DNA of 64,000 nt from Myxococcota bacterium (GCA_965223705.1 OZ245015.1:992001-1056000), one strand, 5' to 3'. Counted from the first letter of the stretch, positions 31,914-41,839 are shown. Notes: generated by a model not told the origin, from the sequence alone. Made by a program: numbers and translations.

Positions 31914-32849
31914 ATGGGTCAGCACCGGAAGGATGTGGGCGTCGGGATCGCGGTCATCGCCGCGCTCGGGATGCTCTTCGCGTCGACGATGCGGATCGGG
32001 GCGTGCGACGTCGCGTCGCCTGAGTCGACGCGCATCTTCGCGACGTTCGACAACGCCGCGGGTGTCGAACGACGCACCGATATCCTCGTCGCCGGCGTGA
32101 AGGTCGGCGAAGTCGACGGCGTGACGTTGGACGACGGCCGTGCCCGCCTGACGTTGCGCATCGACGAACCGATCGCACTCCCCGCGGATTCCGTCGTGGC
32201 CATTCGCTCGCGCGGCTTGCTCGGCGAACGGGTTGTCGAGATCTCCCAGGGCGACAGCCGACAACGCCTCGCGAACGGCGACACCCTGACGCGAAGCATC
32301 GAAGCGCCGAGCATCGACGATCTGCTCGACGATCTTGCGGCCGTGTCATCGGACGTCCGCCAAGTCACCCGCGCCGTGCGGCTCGTGTTGGGCGGCGAAC
32401 GGGGTGAAGAAACTATCGCTGCGATCGTCGACGACGTGCGTTCGGTGGCGAGTGGTCTCCGCGAGTTCCTCGAGGAGAGCGGCCCGACGTTGGCGAAGAC
32501 ACTGACCAACTTCGACGAAGTGTCGGAGAACCTGACCTACTTCTCGAGCGACATCGCGAGAATCACGGCCGACAATGAACAGACCGTCGGCGAGATGCTC
32601 GAGAACTTCGCCGATGCGTCCGAGCAGATGTCGGGAGCCCTCGAGAACTTGAAGAACGTGAGCGACAAGATCGAACAGGGCGAAGGCACACTCGGCAAAC
32701 TCGTCGCGGACGACGAGATCTACACCAAGGTCGACGGGTCGCTCGAGGAGCTCCAGCAGACGCTGACCGAGGTGCGACGCGCTGCCGAAGACGCGCAAGA
32801 ACAGCTGCCCGTCACCGTTCTCGGCTCGCTCGTCGGGTCGCTCTTCTAG
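31914..32849 (+). CDS. mlaD: MlaD/MCE-domain protein with a long helical extension
   Basis: N-terminal TM, FDNAAG, AGVKVGEV, GLLGERVVEI and GEGTLGKLV. Confidence 0.9.
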   Translation: MGQHRKDVGVGIAVIAALGMLFASTMRIGACDVASPESTRIFATFDNAAGVERRTDILVAGVKVGEVDGVTLDDGRARLTLRIDEPIALPADSVVAIRSRGLLGERVVEISQGDSRQRLANGDTLTRSIEAPSIDDLLDDLAAVSSDVRQVTRAVRLVLGGERGEETIAAIVDDVRSVASGLREFLEESGPTLAKTLTNFDEVSENLTYFSSDIARITADNEQTVGEMLENFADASEQMSGALENLKNVSDKIEQGEGTLGKLVADDEIYTKVDGSLEELQQTLTEVRRAAEDAQEQLPVTVLGSLVGSLF

Positions 32850-32853
32850 CGCG

Positions 32854-34260
32854 ATGCGATCGAATCGTTCGCTGCGTTCTTGGCTCCTGCCCCTCGGCTT
32901 GTGGCTCGCGGTCGTATCGACACCGAGTCACGCGATCGATGTCTGGCCGTTCTACGTCGCGGACCGCGAGCCCGTCGCCGGCGTCATGTCGCGGCGCGCG
33001 CTCGGGCCGCTGTTCGAATCGTGGTCTTTCGAGCACGACGCCGAGAATTGGCGGCGTATTTCCGACGGCGCGGAGTTCACCGTCCGGCCGTTCTTCGCGA
33101 AAGGGCAGCGCGACGGCTTCGCTCGCACTGAGTTCCTCTACCCGCTGGGTCGCGTCCAGGGGCAGGACTACGGAACGCGCGGTCGTCTGACACCCCTGGC
33201 GAGTTGGGGTGCGAAGGGCACCGAGGACCGACATCGCTACTGGACCGTCGGGCCGTTCTTCGGCGGCCGCACCGAAGAAGGCGCGCGCTATGGCGGCGTC
33301 TTCCCGTTGCTCGGCCGCGGCGAATCGCGCTTCGGCAAAGAAGACTTCGCCTTCGCCATGTTTCCCGTCTTCGGCCGCAGCCGAGACCATCGGGCGTTCG
33401 ATCGAACGACCGTCGCCTGGCCGTTCTACTCGAGCGGCGAGGGCGGCGGCCGAGAGCTGTTCCGCTTGTGGCCCTTCTACGGCTACGACCGCCGGGAAGG
33501 CGAATACGAACGCAATTTCGCGCTGTGGCCGTTCGTCTTCTGGCGCCGGGATCGCGCGGGTCAAGAGACGGAACGCCGCGCGCGCTTCGTGTTGCCCATT
33601 TGGGGCGAGAGCGAATCGGCGGAGGCGCGCTCGGTCTTCTACGGCGGCCCGCTCTACATGCGGACGGAACACCTCGCGACGGGCGCATTCTCGACCGACG
33701 CTCCCTGGCCGCTTTTCCGTCACGCGGTATCCCCCGGACCGGACGGAGAAGAGCCCACGCGTCTGTGGCGCTTCTGGCCCTTCGTTCAGTGGAGGCGCGG
33801 CCCGGGCTTTCGCGAAACCGCGCTCCTCCTCGGGCTCGTTTCGTGGCGGAGTGGAGAGAGCGCCGGATCGCAGCTGCGCTCGCGCCGGTTTCTCTTCGTA
33901 TCGCGCTTCGAAGATCGCTTCGATCCGGAAACCGGGTCGCGGTACCGCGTGCGCGACCTGTGGCCGCTCTTCCGGAAGAGCGAACGAACCGACGCGTCGG
34001 GACGAACCTTCGGACGCATCGTTGCGCCCTGGCCGATCCCGCTCCGCGGCGAGGGCTTTCACCGGCATCTTCTCGGACTCTTCACACTCTTCGAAAAGAC
34101 GTACACCGAGAACGAAGAGCGGACCGACATCGCTTGGGGCTTCGCGAGAAAGCGCCGCAAACCGGGCTACCGGTTCACCGCCCTCGGGTGGTGGACGAGC
34201 GAAGTCCACCTGCCGACCCTGACCGCCGGGCGCGCTTCTCGCGCCGGGTCGGGTCGCTAA
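32854..34260 (+). CDS. Exported hypothetical protein with about 17 aromatic-Pro-aromatic (WPFY-like) repeats
   Basis: Signal peptide ending SHA; repeats VWPFY, LGPLF, VRPFF, LYPLG, VGPFF, VFPLL, MFPVF, AWPFY, LWPFY, LWPFV, PWPLF, FWPFV and LWPLF; starts 4 bp after mlaD. Confidence 0.8.
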   Translation: MRSNRSLRSWLLPLGLWLAVVSTPSHAIDVWPFYVADREPVAGVMSRRALGPLFESWSFEHDAENWRRISDGAEFTVRPFFAKGQRDGFARTEFLYPLGRVQGQDYGTRGRLTPLASWGAKGTEDRHRYWTVGPFFGGRTEEGARYGGVFPLLGRGESRFGKEDFAFAMFPVFGRSRDHRAFDRTTVAWPFYSSGEGGGRELFRLWPFYGYDRREGEYERNFALWPFVFWRRDRAGQETERRARFVLPIWGESESAEARSVFYGGPLYMRTEHLATGAFSTDAPWPLFRHAVSPGPDGEEPTRLWRFWPFVQWRRGPGFRETALLLGLVSWRSGESAGSQLRSRRFLFVSRFEDRFDPETGSRYRVRDLWPLFRKSERTDASGRTFGRIVAPWPIPLRGEGFHRHLLGLFTLFEKTYTENEERTDIAWGFARKRRKPGYRFTALGWWTSEVHLPTLTAGRASRAGSGR

Positions 34261-34269
34261 GCTCGCCAC

Positions 34270-35739
34270 GTGGTTCGCGTCGGACTTGCACGCACGACTC
34301 CTTCCTACGCCGGCTTGCGGCCGCCTTACGGCCCGGGCAAGAGCTTTCCCGAATGCGCGCAACTCTTTCCCGAGAGCGGAAGCGGCGATCCGAATCACGT
34401 CTATGCGGCGGTTCGCGCGGCACTCTTGGGAGCCGGGCTCGATGTCGCGAACTTCGGTCGCCCCGAGTGGAACCCTCTCGGCGATCTCGTCGGGCGCGGC
34501 AGGCGCATCGTCCTGAAGCCGAACTTCATCCGCCACTGGAACCCGAATGAGGAAGCCACGCTCGAAAGCGTGATCACCCACGGCTCCGTCCTTCGCGCCA
34601 TCGCCGACTACGCATTCATCGCCGCGGGGCCCGAGGGATCGGTCGCCATTGCCGAAGCACCGCAACACGATTGCGATTGGGACCGCGTCGCGGACGCCGT
34701 GGGCTTGCGCGCATTGGTGGCGTTCTACGACGATGCGCTCGGTCGCGAGCTCGAGACGATCGACTTGCGTCGCGAAGCCGTGACGTACACCGACGGCGTG
34801 ATCACCGAACGCCGCACGCTCCCCGGCGACCCCGCCGGCTACCGCGTCGTCGATCTGGGGGCGCAGAGCGCCTTCGCTTCGAGTGATCTCGACCCGCAGC
34901 GCTTTCGCGGAGCGGACTACGACCCCGGTCCGACGGTGTCGCACCACACGGGCGGGCGGCACGAGTATCTGCTGAGCGAGACGGTGCTCTCCGCCGATCT
35001 CGTCGTGAACCTCCCGAAACTGAAGACGCACAAGAAGACCGGTGTCACCTTGGCGCTCAAGAATCTGGTCGGGATCAACGGCGACAAGAACTACCTGCCG
35101 CACCATTGCGTCGGCGGCGCGAGCGACGGCGGAGACGAGTTTCCCGGAGGTGCCGCGGTCGACCGCTGGCGGAGCCGCGCCACCGAGGTCGCGCGCAGCA
35201 TCATGAAGCGCGGTCTCGGGCAGCGCCTCGTGCGCATCGTCCGCAAAGCGGAATGGGCGGTGCGCGGTGACGACTTCATCCGCAGCGGCAACTGGTACGG
35301 CAACCGCACCACTTGGCGCATGTGCCACGATCTCAACAAGTGCCTTTACTACAGCGACGCAAAGGGCTTCTACCCCGACCGCGACACGCCGGTGCGCCGC
35401 GTGCTCACCGTGCTCGACGGCGTCGTGGCCGGCGAAGGTGAGGGACCGCTCGCGCCGCGCGACGTGCCGCTCGGCGCCGTGCTCGCGAGCGCGGATCCCG
35501 TGGCCCTCGATGTCGCGGCGGTACACCTCATGGGTTTTGCGCCTGCGAAGTTGCCGAAGCTTGCCGAAGCGATGGCCGACCGCGCGTTGCGGATCACGTC
35601 GATTCGGAGCTCGGAAGACGTCGAGGTGACGGAAGTCGATCCGGCGAGCTTCGCGGGCGATTCTGTGGCGCTAGATCAACTCGTTCCGGCGGAGCCCTTT
35701 GTTGCGCATCCCGGTTGGCGAGGGCACGTCGAACGATGA
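34270..35739 (+). CDS. DUF362 domain-containing protein
   Basis: IVLKPNFIRH, ITHGSVLRA, VNLPKLKTHKKTGVTLALKNLVGI, DGVVAGEGEGP and DPVALD. Confidence 0.88.
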   Translation: MVRVGLARTTPSYAGLRPPYGPGKSFPECAQLFPESGSGDPNHVYAAVRAALLGAGLDVANFGRPEWNPLGDLVGRGRRIVLKPNFIRHWNPNEEATLESVITHGSVLRAIADYAFIAAGPEGSVAIAEAPQHDCDWDRVADAVGLRALVAFYDDALGRELETIDLRREAVTYTDGVITERRTLPGDPAGYRVVDLGAQSAFASSDLDPQRFRGADYDPGPTVSHHTGGRHEYLLSETVLSADLVVNLPKLKTHKKTGVTLALKNLVGINGDKNYLPHHCVGGASDGGDEFPGGAAVDRWRSRATEVARSIMKRGLGQRLVRIVRKAEWAVRGDDFIRSGNWYGNRTTWRMCHDLNKCLYYSDAKGFYPDRDTPVRRVLTVLDGVVAGEGEGPLAPRDVPLGAVLASADPVALDVAAVHLMGFAPAKLPKLAEAMADRALRITSIRSSEDVEVTEVDPASFAGDSVALDQLVPAEPFVAHPGWRGHVER

Positions 35740-37880
35740 AACAGATCGTCCAGAATCCGAAGAGCGGGAAGCTCGCGCTGCAGGACGTCCCCGCACCGAC
35801 GCCCGGGCGCGGCGAAGTCTTGGTGCGCACGCATTTCTCGGTGGTGTCGCCCGGCACGGAAAAGATGGCGATCGACTTCGCCCGGAAGTCAATGCTCGGA
35901 AAAGCGCGCAGTCGGCCCGACCTCGTGTCGCAAGTGCTCAAGAAAGTTCGCCAAGAAGGCCCGCTCCCGACGTACCGCGCCGTGATGAATCGCCTCGATG
36001 CGCCGCAGCCGCTCGGCTACGCGGCTTCGGGGGTCGTCGAGCAGGCAGGTGCCGAAGTCGGTTCGTTCGCACCCGGCGACCGCGTCGCGTGCGCGGGCGC
36101 CGGTTACGCGAACCACGCGGAATGGATCGTCGTCCCCGAAAATTTGGTCGCCCGGGTGCCGGACGAGCTGGCGCTCGACAAGGCGGCGTTCGCGACGCTC
36201 GGGGCGATCGCCTTGCAGGGGCTCCGGGTCGGTGAGCCACAGCTCGGCGACGTCGTTGCCGTCATCGGGTTGGGTCTACTCGGGCAGCTGACGGTCCAGC
36301 TCTTGGTCGCTGCGGGTTGCCAGGTGCTCGGCATCGACCTCGATCCGGCGCGGGTCAAGCAAGCGCGGGGACTCGGCGCGCAGTTCGGCGCGGCGCCGGG
36401 CGACGATCACGAACCGTGGAAACGCGCTGTGACCGAAGGGCACGGCGCCGATCTCGCGATCGTCACCGCGGCGTCGGACAGCTCGGCTCCGATCGAGCTC
36501 GCGGCGGCGCTGTGTCGCGCGAAAGGTCGCGTGGTCGCGGTGGGCGCCACTGCGATGGAGCTCGACCGCCGCGCTTTCTACGACAAAGAGCTCGAGTTGC
36601 GGATGAGCATGTCCTACGGGCCGGGTCGCTACGACCGCCGCTACGAAGAAGAAGGGCTCGACTACCCGCGCAGCTACGTCCGCTGGACCGAGAACCGAAA
36701 CCTGCAGGCGTTCCTCGACCTGGCGGCGCGAGACCGCATCGATCCCAAGAAGATGGAGATCGGCGAAGTTCCTTTCGCCGAGGCGCTGCCTTCCTACGAA
36801 GCCCTGGCGCGCGGCGAGCGCGGAGGGCTCGCCGTGGTGTTCCGCTACGCCGCGAGCGCGACCGCGGAACGCACGCTGCCCCTCGCGAAACCCGCGGCGC
36901 CGCGCGGGACCGGCATCGCGTTCCTCGGCGCCGGCAACTACGCGAAAGCCGTCTTGCTGCCGGCGCTCGCCGCCGTCGGGGGCGCCGACGGCCGTCACAT
37001 CGTCACGGCGACTGGGCCCTCGGCCAAGCACACCGCCGAGAAGTTCGGCTTTGCGAGCTGTGGGACCGATCCGGCCGTGGTGCTCGCCGACCCGGAGGTC
37101 GGCCTCGTCTTCGTGGCGACTCAGCACGACAGCCACGCGGAGCTCGCGCGCCGCGCGCTCGAGGAAGGCAAAGCGGTCTGGCTCGAAAAGCCGGTGGCCC
37201 TCGACGAGGCCTCTCTGACCTCGGTTCTCGAAGTCGCGGCAGAGACCGGCGGCTTCCTCACCGTCGGGTACAACCGACGCTTCTCGCCCCACGCGCGCGC
37301 GGTCCGCGAAGTGTTCGCCGATCGCGACGGGCCGATCTCGATCCACTACGCGATTGCCGCCGGACCGACGCCGACGGGGACGTGGCTCCTCGATCCGCGC
37401 GCCGGAGGCGGGCGCATCGTTGGTGAAGCGTGTCACTTCGTCGATCTCTGCAGCTATTTCGTGGGAGCGCCGCCGAGTAGCGTCTATGCCCGCGCCTTGT
37501 CGCGGAGCCCAGAGCTCGACGATTCCCACGTGCTGGTGCTCGGCTACGACGACGGCTCTACGGCGACCATCGAGTATTTGGCGTTCGCTTCGAGCGCGCT
37601 TCCAAAGGAGCGGTTCGAAGTCTCCGGTGTCGGGTTGACGGCGCGTTGCGATAATTTTCGCGCCACCGAGCTGCCCGGACGCAAGCCGCTTCGCACGATG
37701 AATCAGGACAAAGGCCAGCAAACCGCCGTTCGAGAAGTGCTCGCCGCGCTTGCGCGCGGCGACGCGTCGCCGTTCAGTCTCGCCGAGTTGCGCGCGACTT
37801 CGCTCGCCACGTTGCGCGTCGCGGAGTCGGTCGCGACCGGGCGTGCGATTTCGCTCGGCGCCTCGTCTCGAACCCCGTAG
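35736..37880 (+). CDS. Bi-domain oxidoreductase (Zn-binding ADH-like + Gfo/Idh/MocA), polysaccharide-pathway type
   Basis: SVVSPGTE, PLGYAASG, GLGLLGQL, SYGPGRYD, YVRWTENRN, WLEKP, VGYNRRFSP and GGRIVGEACHFVD. Confidence 0.92.
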   Translation: MKQIVQNPKSGKLALQDVPAPTPGRGEVLVRTHFSVVSPGTEKMAIDFARKSMLGKARSRPDLVSQVLKKVRQEGPLPTYRAVMNRLDAPQPLGYAASGVVEQAGAEVGSFAPGDRVACAGAGYANHAEWIVVPENLVARVPDELALDKAAFATLGAIALQGLRVGEPQLGDVVAVIGLGLLGQLTVQLLVAAGCQVLGIDLDPARVKQARGLGAQFGAAPGDDHEPWKRAVTEGHGADLAIVTAASDSSAPIELAAALCRAKGRVVAVGATAMELDRRAFYDKELELRMSMSYGPGRYDRRYEEEGLDYPRSYVRWTENRNLQAFLDLAARDRIDPKKMEIGEVPFAEALPSYEALARGERGGLAVVFRYAASATAERTLPLAKPAAPRGTGIAFLGAGNYAKAVLLPALAAVGGADGRHIVTATGPSAKHTAEKFGFASCGTDPAVVLADPEVGLVFVATQHDSHAELARRALEEGKAVWLEKPVALDEASLTSVLEVAAETGGFLTVGYNRRFSPHARAVREVFADRDGPISIHYAIAAGPTPTGTWLLDPRAGGGRIVGEACHFVDLCSYFVGAPPSSVYARALSRSPELDDSHVLVLGYDDGSTATIEYLAFASSALPKERFEVSGVGLTARCDNFRATELPGRKPLRTMNQDKGQQTAVREVLAALARGDASPFSLAELRATSLATLRVAESVATGRAISLGASSRTP

Positions 37881-37918
37881 CCTGCGCTAGCTTCGCTGGC
37901 ACGGGAGGCCCCCCAAGC

Positions 37919-39208
37919 ATGTCAGAATCGTTGCGTGTGCTCGTCGTGGGCGGAGGCGGCCGTGAGCACGCCCTCGCGTGGAAGATCGCGCAGAGCCCGC
38001 GCGTCGCGCGCGTGCTGGCCGCGCCGGGAAGCGACGCGATCCGCGAAATCGCGGACGCGTTCCCCGAGGTGTCGGCCGGCGATCTCGACGCCGTCGTTCG
38101 CCTGGCGCGCAGCGAAGCCGTCGATCTGGTGGTCGTAGGCCCGGAAGATCCGCTGGCGGCGGGTCTCACCGATCGGTTGCGGGCCGAGGGCATCGCGTGT
38201 TTCGGCCCGAGCGCCGCCGCGGCGAGGCTCGAAGCGAGCAAAGCGTTCGCGCGGGAGTTCATGGCCCGGCACGGCGTGCCGCACCCCGAGTTCGCGCGGT
38301 TCACCGAGTTCGACGCCGCCCGGGCCTACGTCGCCGAGCGCGACGCGTGCGTCGTGAAGGCGGACGGCCTCTGCGCCGGCAAGGGCGTTTTCGTTTGCGA
38401 CGACAAAGAGCAGGCGCTCGCCGCTCTGGACGAAATCATGAACGATCGTCGCTTCGGCGAAGCCGGCGATTCCGTGTTGGTCGAACAGCGACTCACGGGG
38501 GAAGAGGCGTCCTACTACGTCATCACCGACGGAGAGAAGATCGTCACGCTTCCGGCGGCGCAAGATCACAAGCGCGCGCTCGATGGCGATCGCGGCGAGA
38601 ACACCGGCGGTATGGGCGCGTACGCGCCGGCGCCGATCGTCGACGACGCGACGGAGAAACGGATCCTCGAAGAAGTCGTCTACCCGACGCTTCGGGGCAT
38701 GCGCGACGAGGGTCACCCCTACACCGGTGTGCTCTACGTCGGCCTGATGATCGACGAGGCTGGCACGCCCTGGGTCATCGAGTTCAACGTGCGCTTCGGC
38801 GACCCCGAAACGCAGCCCATCATGCTCGCGCTAGAAGCCGATCTCGTCCCGTACCTCGAGGGCGCGGCCAAGGGGCGCCTCGACGGAGACACGCGGCTGC
38901 CTCAACACGGAACGGCGCTCACGGTCGTCATGGCTTCGGAAGGCTATCCCCGCGCTTACGAGAAGGGGCGCGTCATTCGCGGGCTCGACGCTGCGGCGGA
39001 AGACCCGGACGTCGCCGTCTTTCACGCGGGCACGCGGCGGCGCGGCGGACAGTGGGAGACCGCCGGTGGCCGGGTGCTCGGCGTGACCGCCCGCGGCGAC
39101 ACGACGCGCGAAGCGCGCGATCGCGCCTACGCCGCCGTCGAGAAGATCGCGTTCGACGGCGCCCAGTTCCGCCGCGACATCGCAGCGCGCGCGCTACCCG
39201 ACGCGTGA
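37919..39208 (+). CDS. purD: Phosphoribosylamine--glycine ligase
   Basis: GGGGREHALAW, GPEDPL, KADGLCAGKGV, QDHKR, NTGGMGAY, EFNVRFGDPE and GGRVL. Confidence 0.98.
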   Translation: MSESLRVLVVGGGGREHALAWKIAQSPRVARVLAAPGSDAIREIADAFPEVSAGDLDAVVRLARSEAVDLVVVGPEDPLAAGLTDRLRAEGIACFGPSAAAARLEASKAFAREFMARHGVPHPEFARFTEFDAARAYVAERDACVVKADGLCAGKGVFVCDDKEQALAALDEIMNDRRFGEAGDSVLVEQRLTGEEASYYVITDGEKIVTLPAAQDHKRALDGDRGENTGGMGAYAPAPIVDDATEKRILEEVVYPTLRGMRDEGHPYTGVLYVGLMIDEAGTPWVIEFNVRFGDPETQPIMLALEADLVPYLEGAAKGRLDGDTRLPQHGTALTVVMASEGYPRAYEKGRVIRGLDAAAEDPDVAVFHAGTRRRGGQWETAGGRVLGVTARGDTTREARDRAYAAVEKIAFDGAQFRRDIAARALPDA

Positions 39209-39876
39209 GCGACCACGCCGAGGACGTCAAGCACCTGGCCGCCGACGGTGTGCTCGCCTACCCGACGGAAACCGTCTGGGGGCTCGGCGCGGACGCGACG
39301 CGGCCGGCGGCGGTCGAGCGCCTTCTGGCGTTCAAGGGCCAGCGCGCCGGCGCACCGATTTCCGTGCTCGTCCCCGACGCAGCAGCCCTCGCGGAGTGGG
39401 GCGCCCACCCCGGCGCCGTCGCACAGCGCCTCATCGAAGCCTTCTGGCCCGGGCCGCTGACCCTCGTCCTACGGGCCGATGGCGCGTTTGCGCCGGGAAT
39501 CGCACGGGAGGACGGCTCCGTCGGCTTTCGCTGCTCGCCTCACCCTGTGGCAGGCGCTCTCGCGCGCGCCGCCCGGGAGCAGGGCCTCGGGCCTCTCACG
39601 GCGACGAGCTGCAACCGCAGCGGGGAGCCGCCGGCCAGGAATCGCGCCGAAGCGGCGGAAGTTTGCGCCGGGGGCTCTGCGTGCGAAGCTCCGCGCCGAA
39701 CCGACGTGTCCGCGTGCGAAGCTCCGCGCCTCACCGCAGCAGTCGAACCGGACGCCAGCGGAGAGCCGCCGAGTAGCGTCGTCGACGCGAGCGGCGAGAA
39801 ACCGAAACTTCTGCGCGAAGGAGCGCTTTCGGCGGCCGCGCTCAGCGAAGCCGCCGGACCCGGAGTCCTGTTTTGA
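39205..39876 (+). CDS. tsaC: L-threonylcarbamoyladenylate synthase (YrdC/Sua5)
   Basis: GTG start overlapping the purD stop; AYPTETVWGLG, FWPGPLTLVL, TSCNRSGEPP, SSVVD and LREGA. Confidence 0.9.
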   Translation: MSDHAEDVKHLAADGVLAYPTETVWGLGADATRPAAVERLLAFKGQRAGAPISVLVPDAAALAEWGAHPGAVAQRLIEAFWPGPLTLVLRADGAFAPGIAREDGSVGFRCSPHPVAGALARAAREQGLGPLTATSCNRSGEPPARNRAEAAEVCAGGSACEAPRRTDVSACEAPRLTAAVEPDASGEPPSSVVDASGEKPKLLREGALSAAALSEAAGPGVLF

Positions 39877-41150
39877 CCGACGTCATGCCGTTTCGAGGCC
39901 TGCGTTTCGATTCCAAGAAGGTCGCGCTCGCCGAGGCTTTGGTGCCGCCTTACGACGTGGTCCAGCCGAGCGAGCGCGCGATGTATTACGAGCGGAGCCC
40001 CTACAACGCGATCCGCCTCGAACTCACGCGAGAAGCCGGCGACGAAGCGCACACCGACTACCGTGAAGTCGCCGAGACCCTGGCCGTTTGGCGCCGCGAA
40101 GGCGCGCTGCGCCTAGACGACGAACCGAGCTTCTACGTGCTTCGCCAGCGCTTCGCCGGCCCCGGCGGCGAGATGCTCGAACGCACCGGCTTCTTCGGAG
40201 CGCTTCGGCTCGAAGCGTACGAGAACCGCGTCGTGCTGCCCCACGAGCGAACCATGTCGGGCCCGAAAGCGGATCGGCTCAAGATCTTGCGCGCGACGGA
40301 AGCGAACCTGTCGAGCGTCTTCATGCTCTACGAGGACAAGAGCGAGACGCTTTCCGCGGCCCTCACCGAAGGTATCCGCGACGCGAGCGCGATCAGCGCG
40401 ACGGACGAGCAGGGCGTCGAGCACACCCTGGCGCGAATGACCGACCCCGGCGCCATCAGTCTCATCCGCGCTTTTCTGGGGGACCGCCCCGTGGTGATCG
40501 CCGACGGACACCACCGCTACGAGACGGCGCTCAACTACCGGGAAGAGCGGCTCGGGAGCGGCGCGCGACGCGCGGGCGCCGAAATCCCCGCCGACCGCAC
40601 GCTCGCTTATTTCACGAACGCGTACGCGCCGGGCAGCTTGCTCCTCCCGATCCATCGCGTGATCCCGGCCGGGCCCGCTCCGAGCGCTGCCGAGTGGCGT
40701 GCGCGGCTCCCGAACTGGTCGATGCACGAATTTCCCGCGGTCTCGCCGGACGAGCTCGACGCCTGGCTCACCGAGCATTTACAGCCGCATCGGGCGCGCC
40801 CCTCATTTGTAGCCGACGCGTCGGACGGGGTGTTGCGCCTCTTCACGCGCCCCGACGGCGAAGAGCTCACCATCCGCCTCGTGCACAGCGAAGTCATCGG
40901 CGGCGTGTTCGGGATCGACGACGAAGCCGTGCGAGACGGAGCGGTGGTGTTCAAGAAATCCGCCGAAGTCGCGGCGCGGGCGGTGCGCGAAGAAGGCGCC
41001 TCCGTGGCGCTCTACCTGAACCCGCTCACACCCGACGATGTCTTTCGCGTGACGGGTGCGGGCGAGGTCTTGCCCCAGAAGTCGACGTTCTTCTTTCCCA
41101 AGCTTCCCTCGGGTCTCGTATTCCGCGTCCACAACGAGGACCTGACGTGA
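39873..41150 (+). CDS. DUF1015 family protein
   Basis: PFRGLRF, PPYDVV, LPHERT, IADGHHRYETA and LPQKSTFFFPKLPSGL. Confidence 0.93.
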   Translation: MTDVMPFRGLRFDSKKVALAEALVPPYDVVQPSERAMYYERSPYNAIRLELTREAGDEAHTDYREVAETLAVWRREGALRLDDEPSFYVLRQRFAGPGGEMLERTGFFGALRLEAYENRVVLPHERTMSGPKADRLKILRATEANLSSVFMLYEDKSETLSAALTEGIRDASAISATDEQGVEHTLARMTDPGAISLIRAFLGDRPVVIADGHHRYETALNYREERLGSGARRAGAEIPADRTLAYFTNAYAPGSLLLPIHRVIPAGPAPSAAEWRARLPNWSMHEFPAVSPDELDAWLTEHLQPHRARPSFVADASDGVLRLFTRPDGEELTIRLVHSEVIGGVFGIDDEAVRDGAVVFKKSAEVAARAVREEGASVALYLNPLTPDDVFRVTGAGEVLPQKSTFFFPKLPSGLVFRVHNEDLT

Positions 41151-41461
41151 CGCGACCGAAGCGCGATCCCGTCGAGGCGCGGTCGATGATCCCGCGGGTG
41201 CTGTCCGAGTTGGGGTTTGGCGGCGCGTCCCGCTCACTCCGCATTCTCGATACGTGGGCCGCGGCCCTGCCGCCCGACGTCGTCGCCCACGCCGAGCCCG
41301 GAACCCTGCGCGGCGACACCCTCGAAGTGCTGGTGGACTCACCGGCGTGGGCGCAGCACATTCGGTTGCGCGGCCCGGAGTTGCTCGCGGCACTCGAAGA
41401 AGTGCTCGGGGAAGACGCGCCGCAGTCGTTGCGCACCCACGTCGGTCGGGAGGGGAATTGA
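41147..41461 (+). CDS. DUF721/DciA-like protein
   Basis: W.......VAHAEPGTLRGDTLEVLVDSPAWAQHIR pattern; GTG start overlapping the upstream stop. Confidence 0.82.
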   Translation: MTRPKRDPVEARSMIPRVLSELGFGGASRSLRILDTWAAALPPDVVAHAEPGTLRGDTLEVLVDSPAWAQHIRLRGPELLAALEEVLGEDAPQSLRTHVGREGN

Positions 41462-41805
41462 TGGAGCTCGTCGCTCTGGGCGAAGTCGTACACATCATCG
41501 AGCGCCGGGCGTTTCCCGGCGACGTGCGTCGTCACTTCATCGGCCACGTCGAGGCGGCGACGGCGGCGGCCATTCGGGTCCGGGGCTGGCTGTTCGTCTA
41601 CGACGCCGGTGCGCGCGAGTTCGTGAAGAAGCCCGAACAGCGGACGCGCCTCATCCCCGTCGACAACCACGTCATTGTGAACCTTCTCCCCGCCACGGTG
41701 AACGTCGATGCGGTCCACTACTTCCGGGACGCCGAGGGCAACCTCTCGCTGACCGACGGCGCGGATTTCGAGCTCGACGTGAGCGAGTTCAGCCCGACCG
41801 ATTGA
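41461..41805 (+). CDS. Conserved-looking hypothetical protein (114 aa)
   Basis: MELVALGEVVHIIERRAFPGDVRRHFIG...; TGATG coupling to the upstream gene; host-like codon usage. Confidence 0.7.
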   Translation: MELVALGEVVHIIERRAFPGDVRRHFIGHVEAATAAAIRVRGWLFVYDAGAREFVKKPEQRTRLIPVDNHVIVNLLPATVNVDAVHYFRDAEGNLSLTDGADFELDVSEFSPTD

Positions 41806-41811
41806 AGGCAG

Positions 41812-41839
41812 TTGACCCGACCCCCCGGTCTCCTACCCT
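41812..41839 (+). promoter_or_regulatory. Putative sigma-70 promoter of the rpsP operon
   Basis: TTGACC (41812-41817), 16-bp spacer, TACCCT (41834-41839), upstream of rpsP. Confidence 0.5.

Noticed and set aside
32812..35526. 904-aa minus-strand ORF
   Set aside because: Antisense shadow of the WPF-repeat and DUF362 genes; no recognisable motifs. Long shadow ORFs are expected at this GC content.
37978..39204. Long N-terminal extension of the TsaC ORF (632 aa in the track)
   Set aside because: An Arg/Gly-rich off-frame overlap of purD; TsaC homology starts at GTG 39205.
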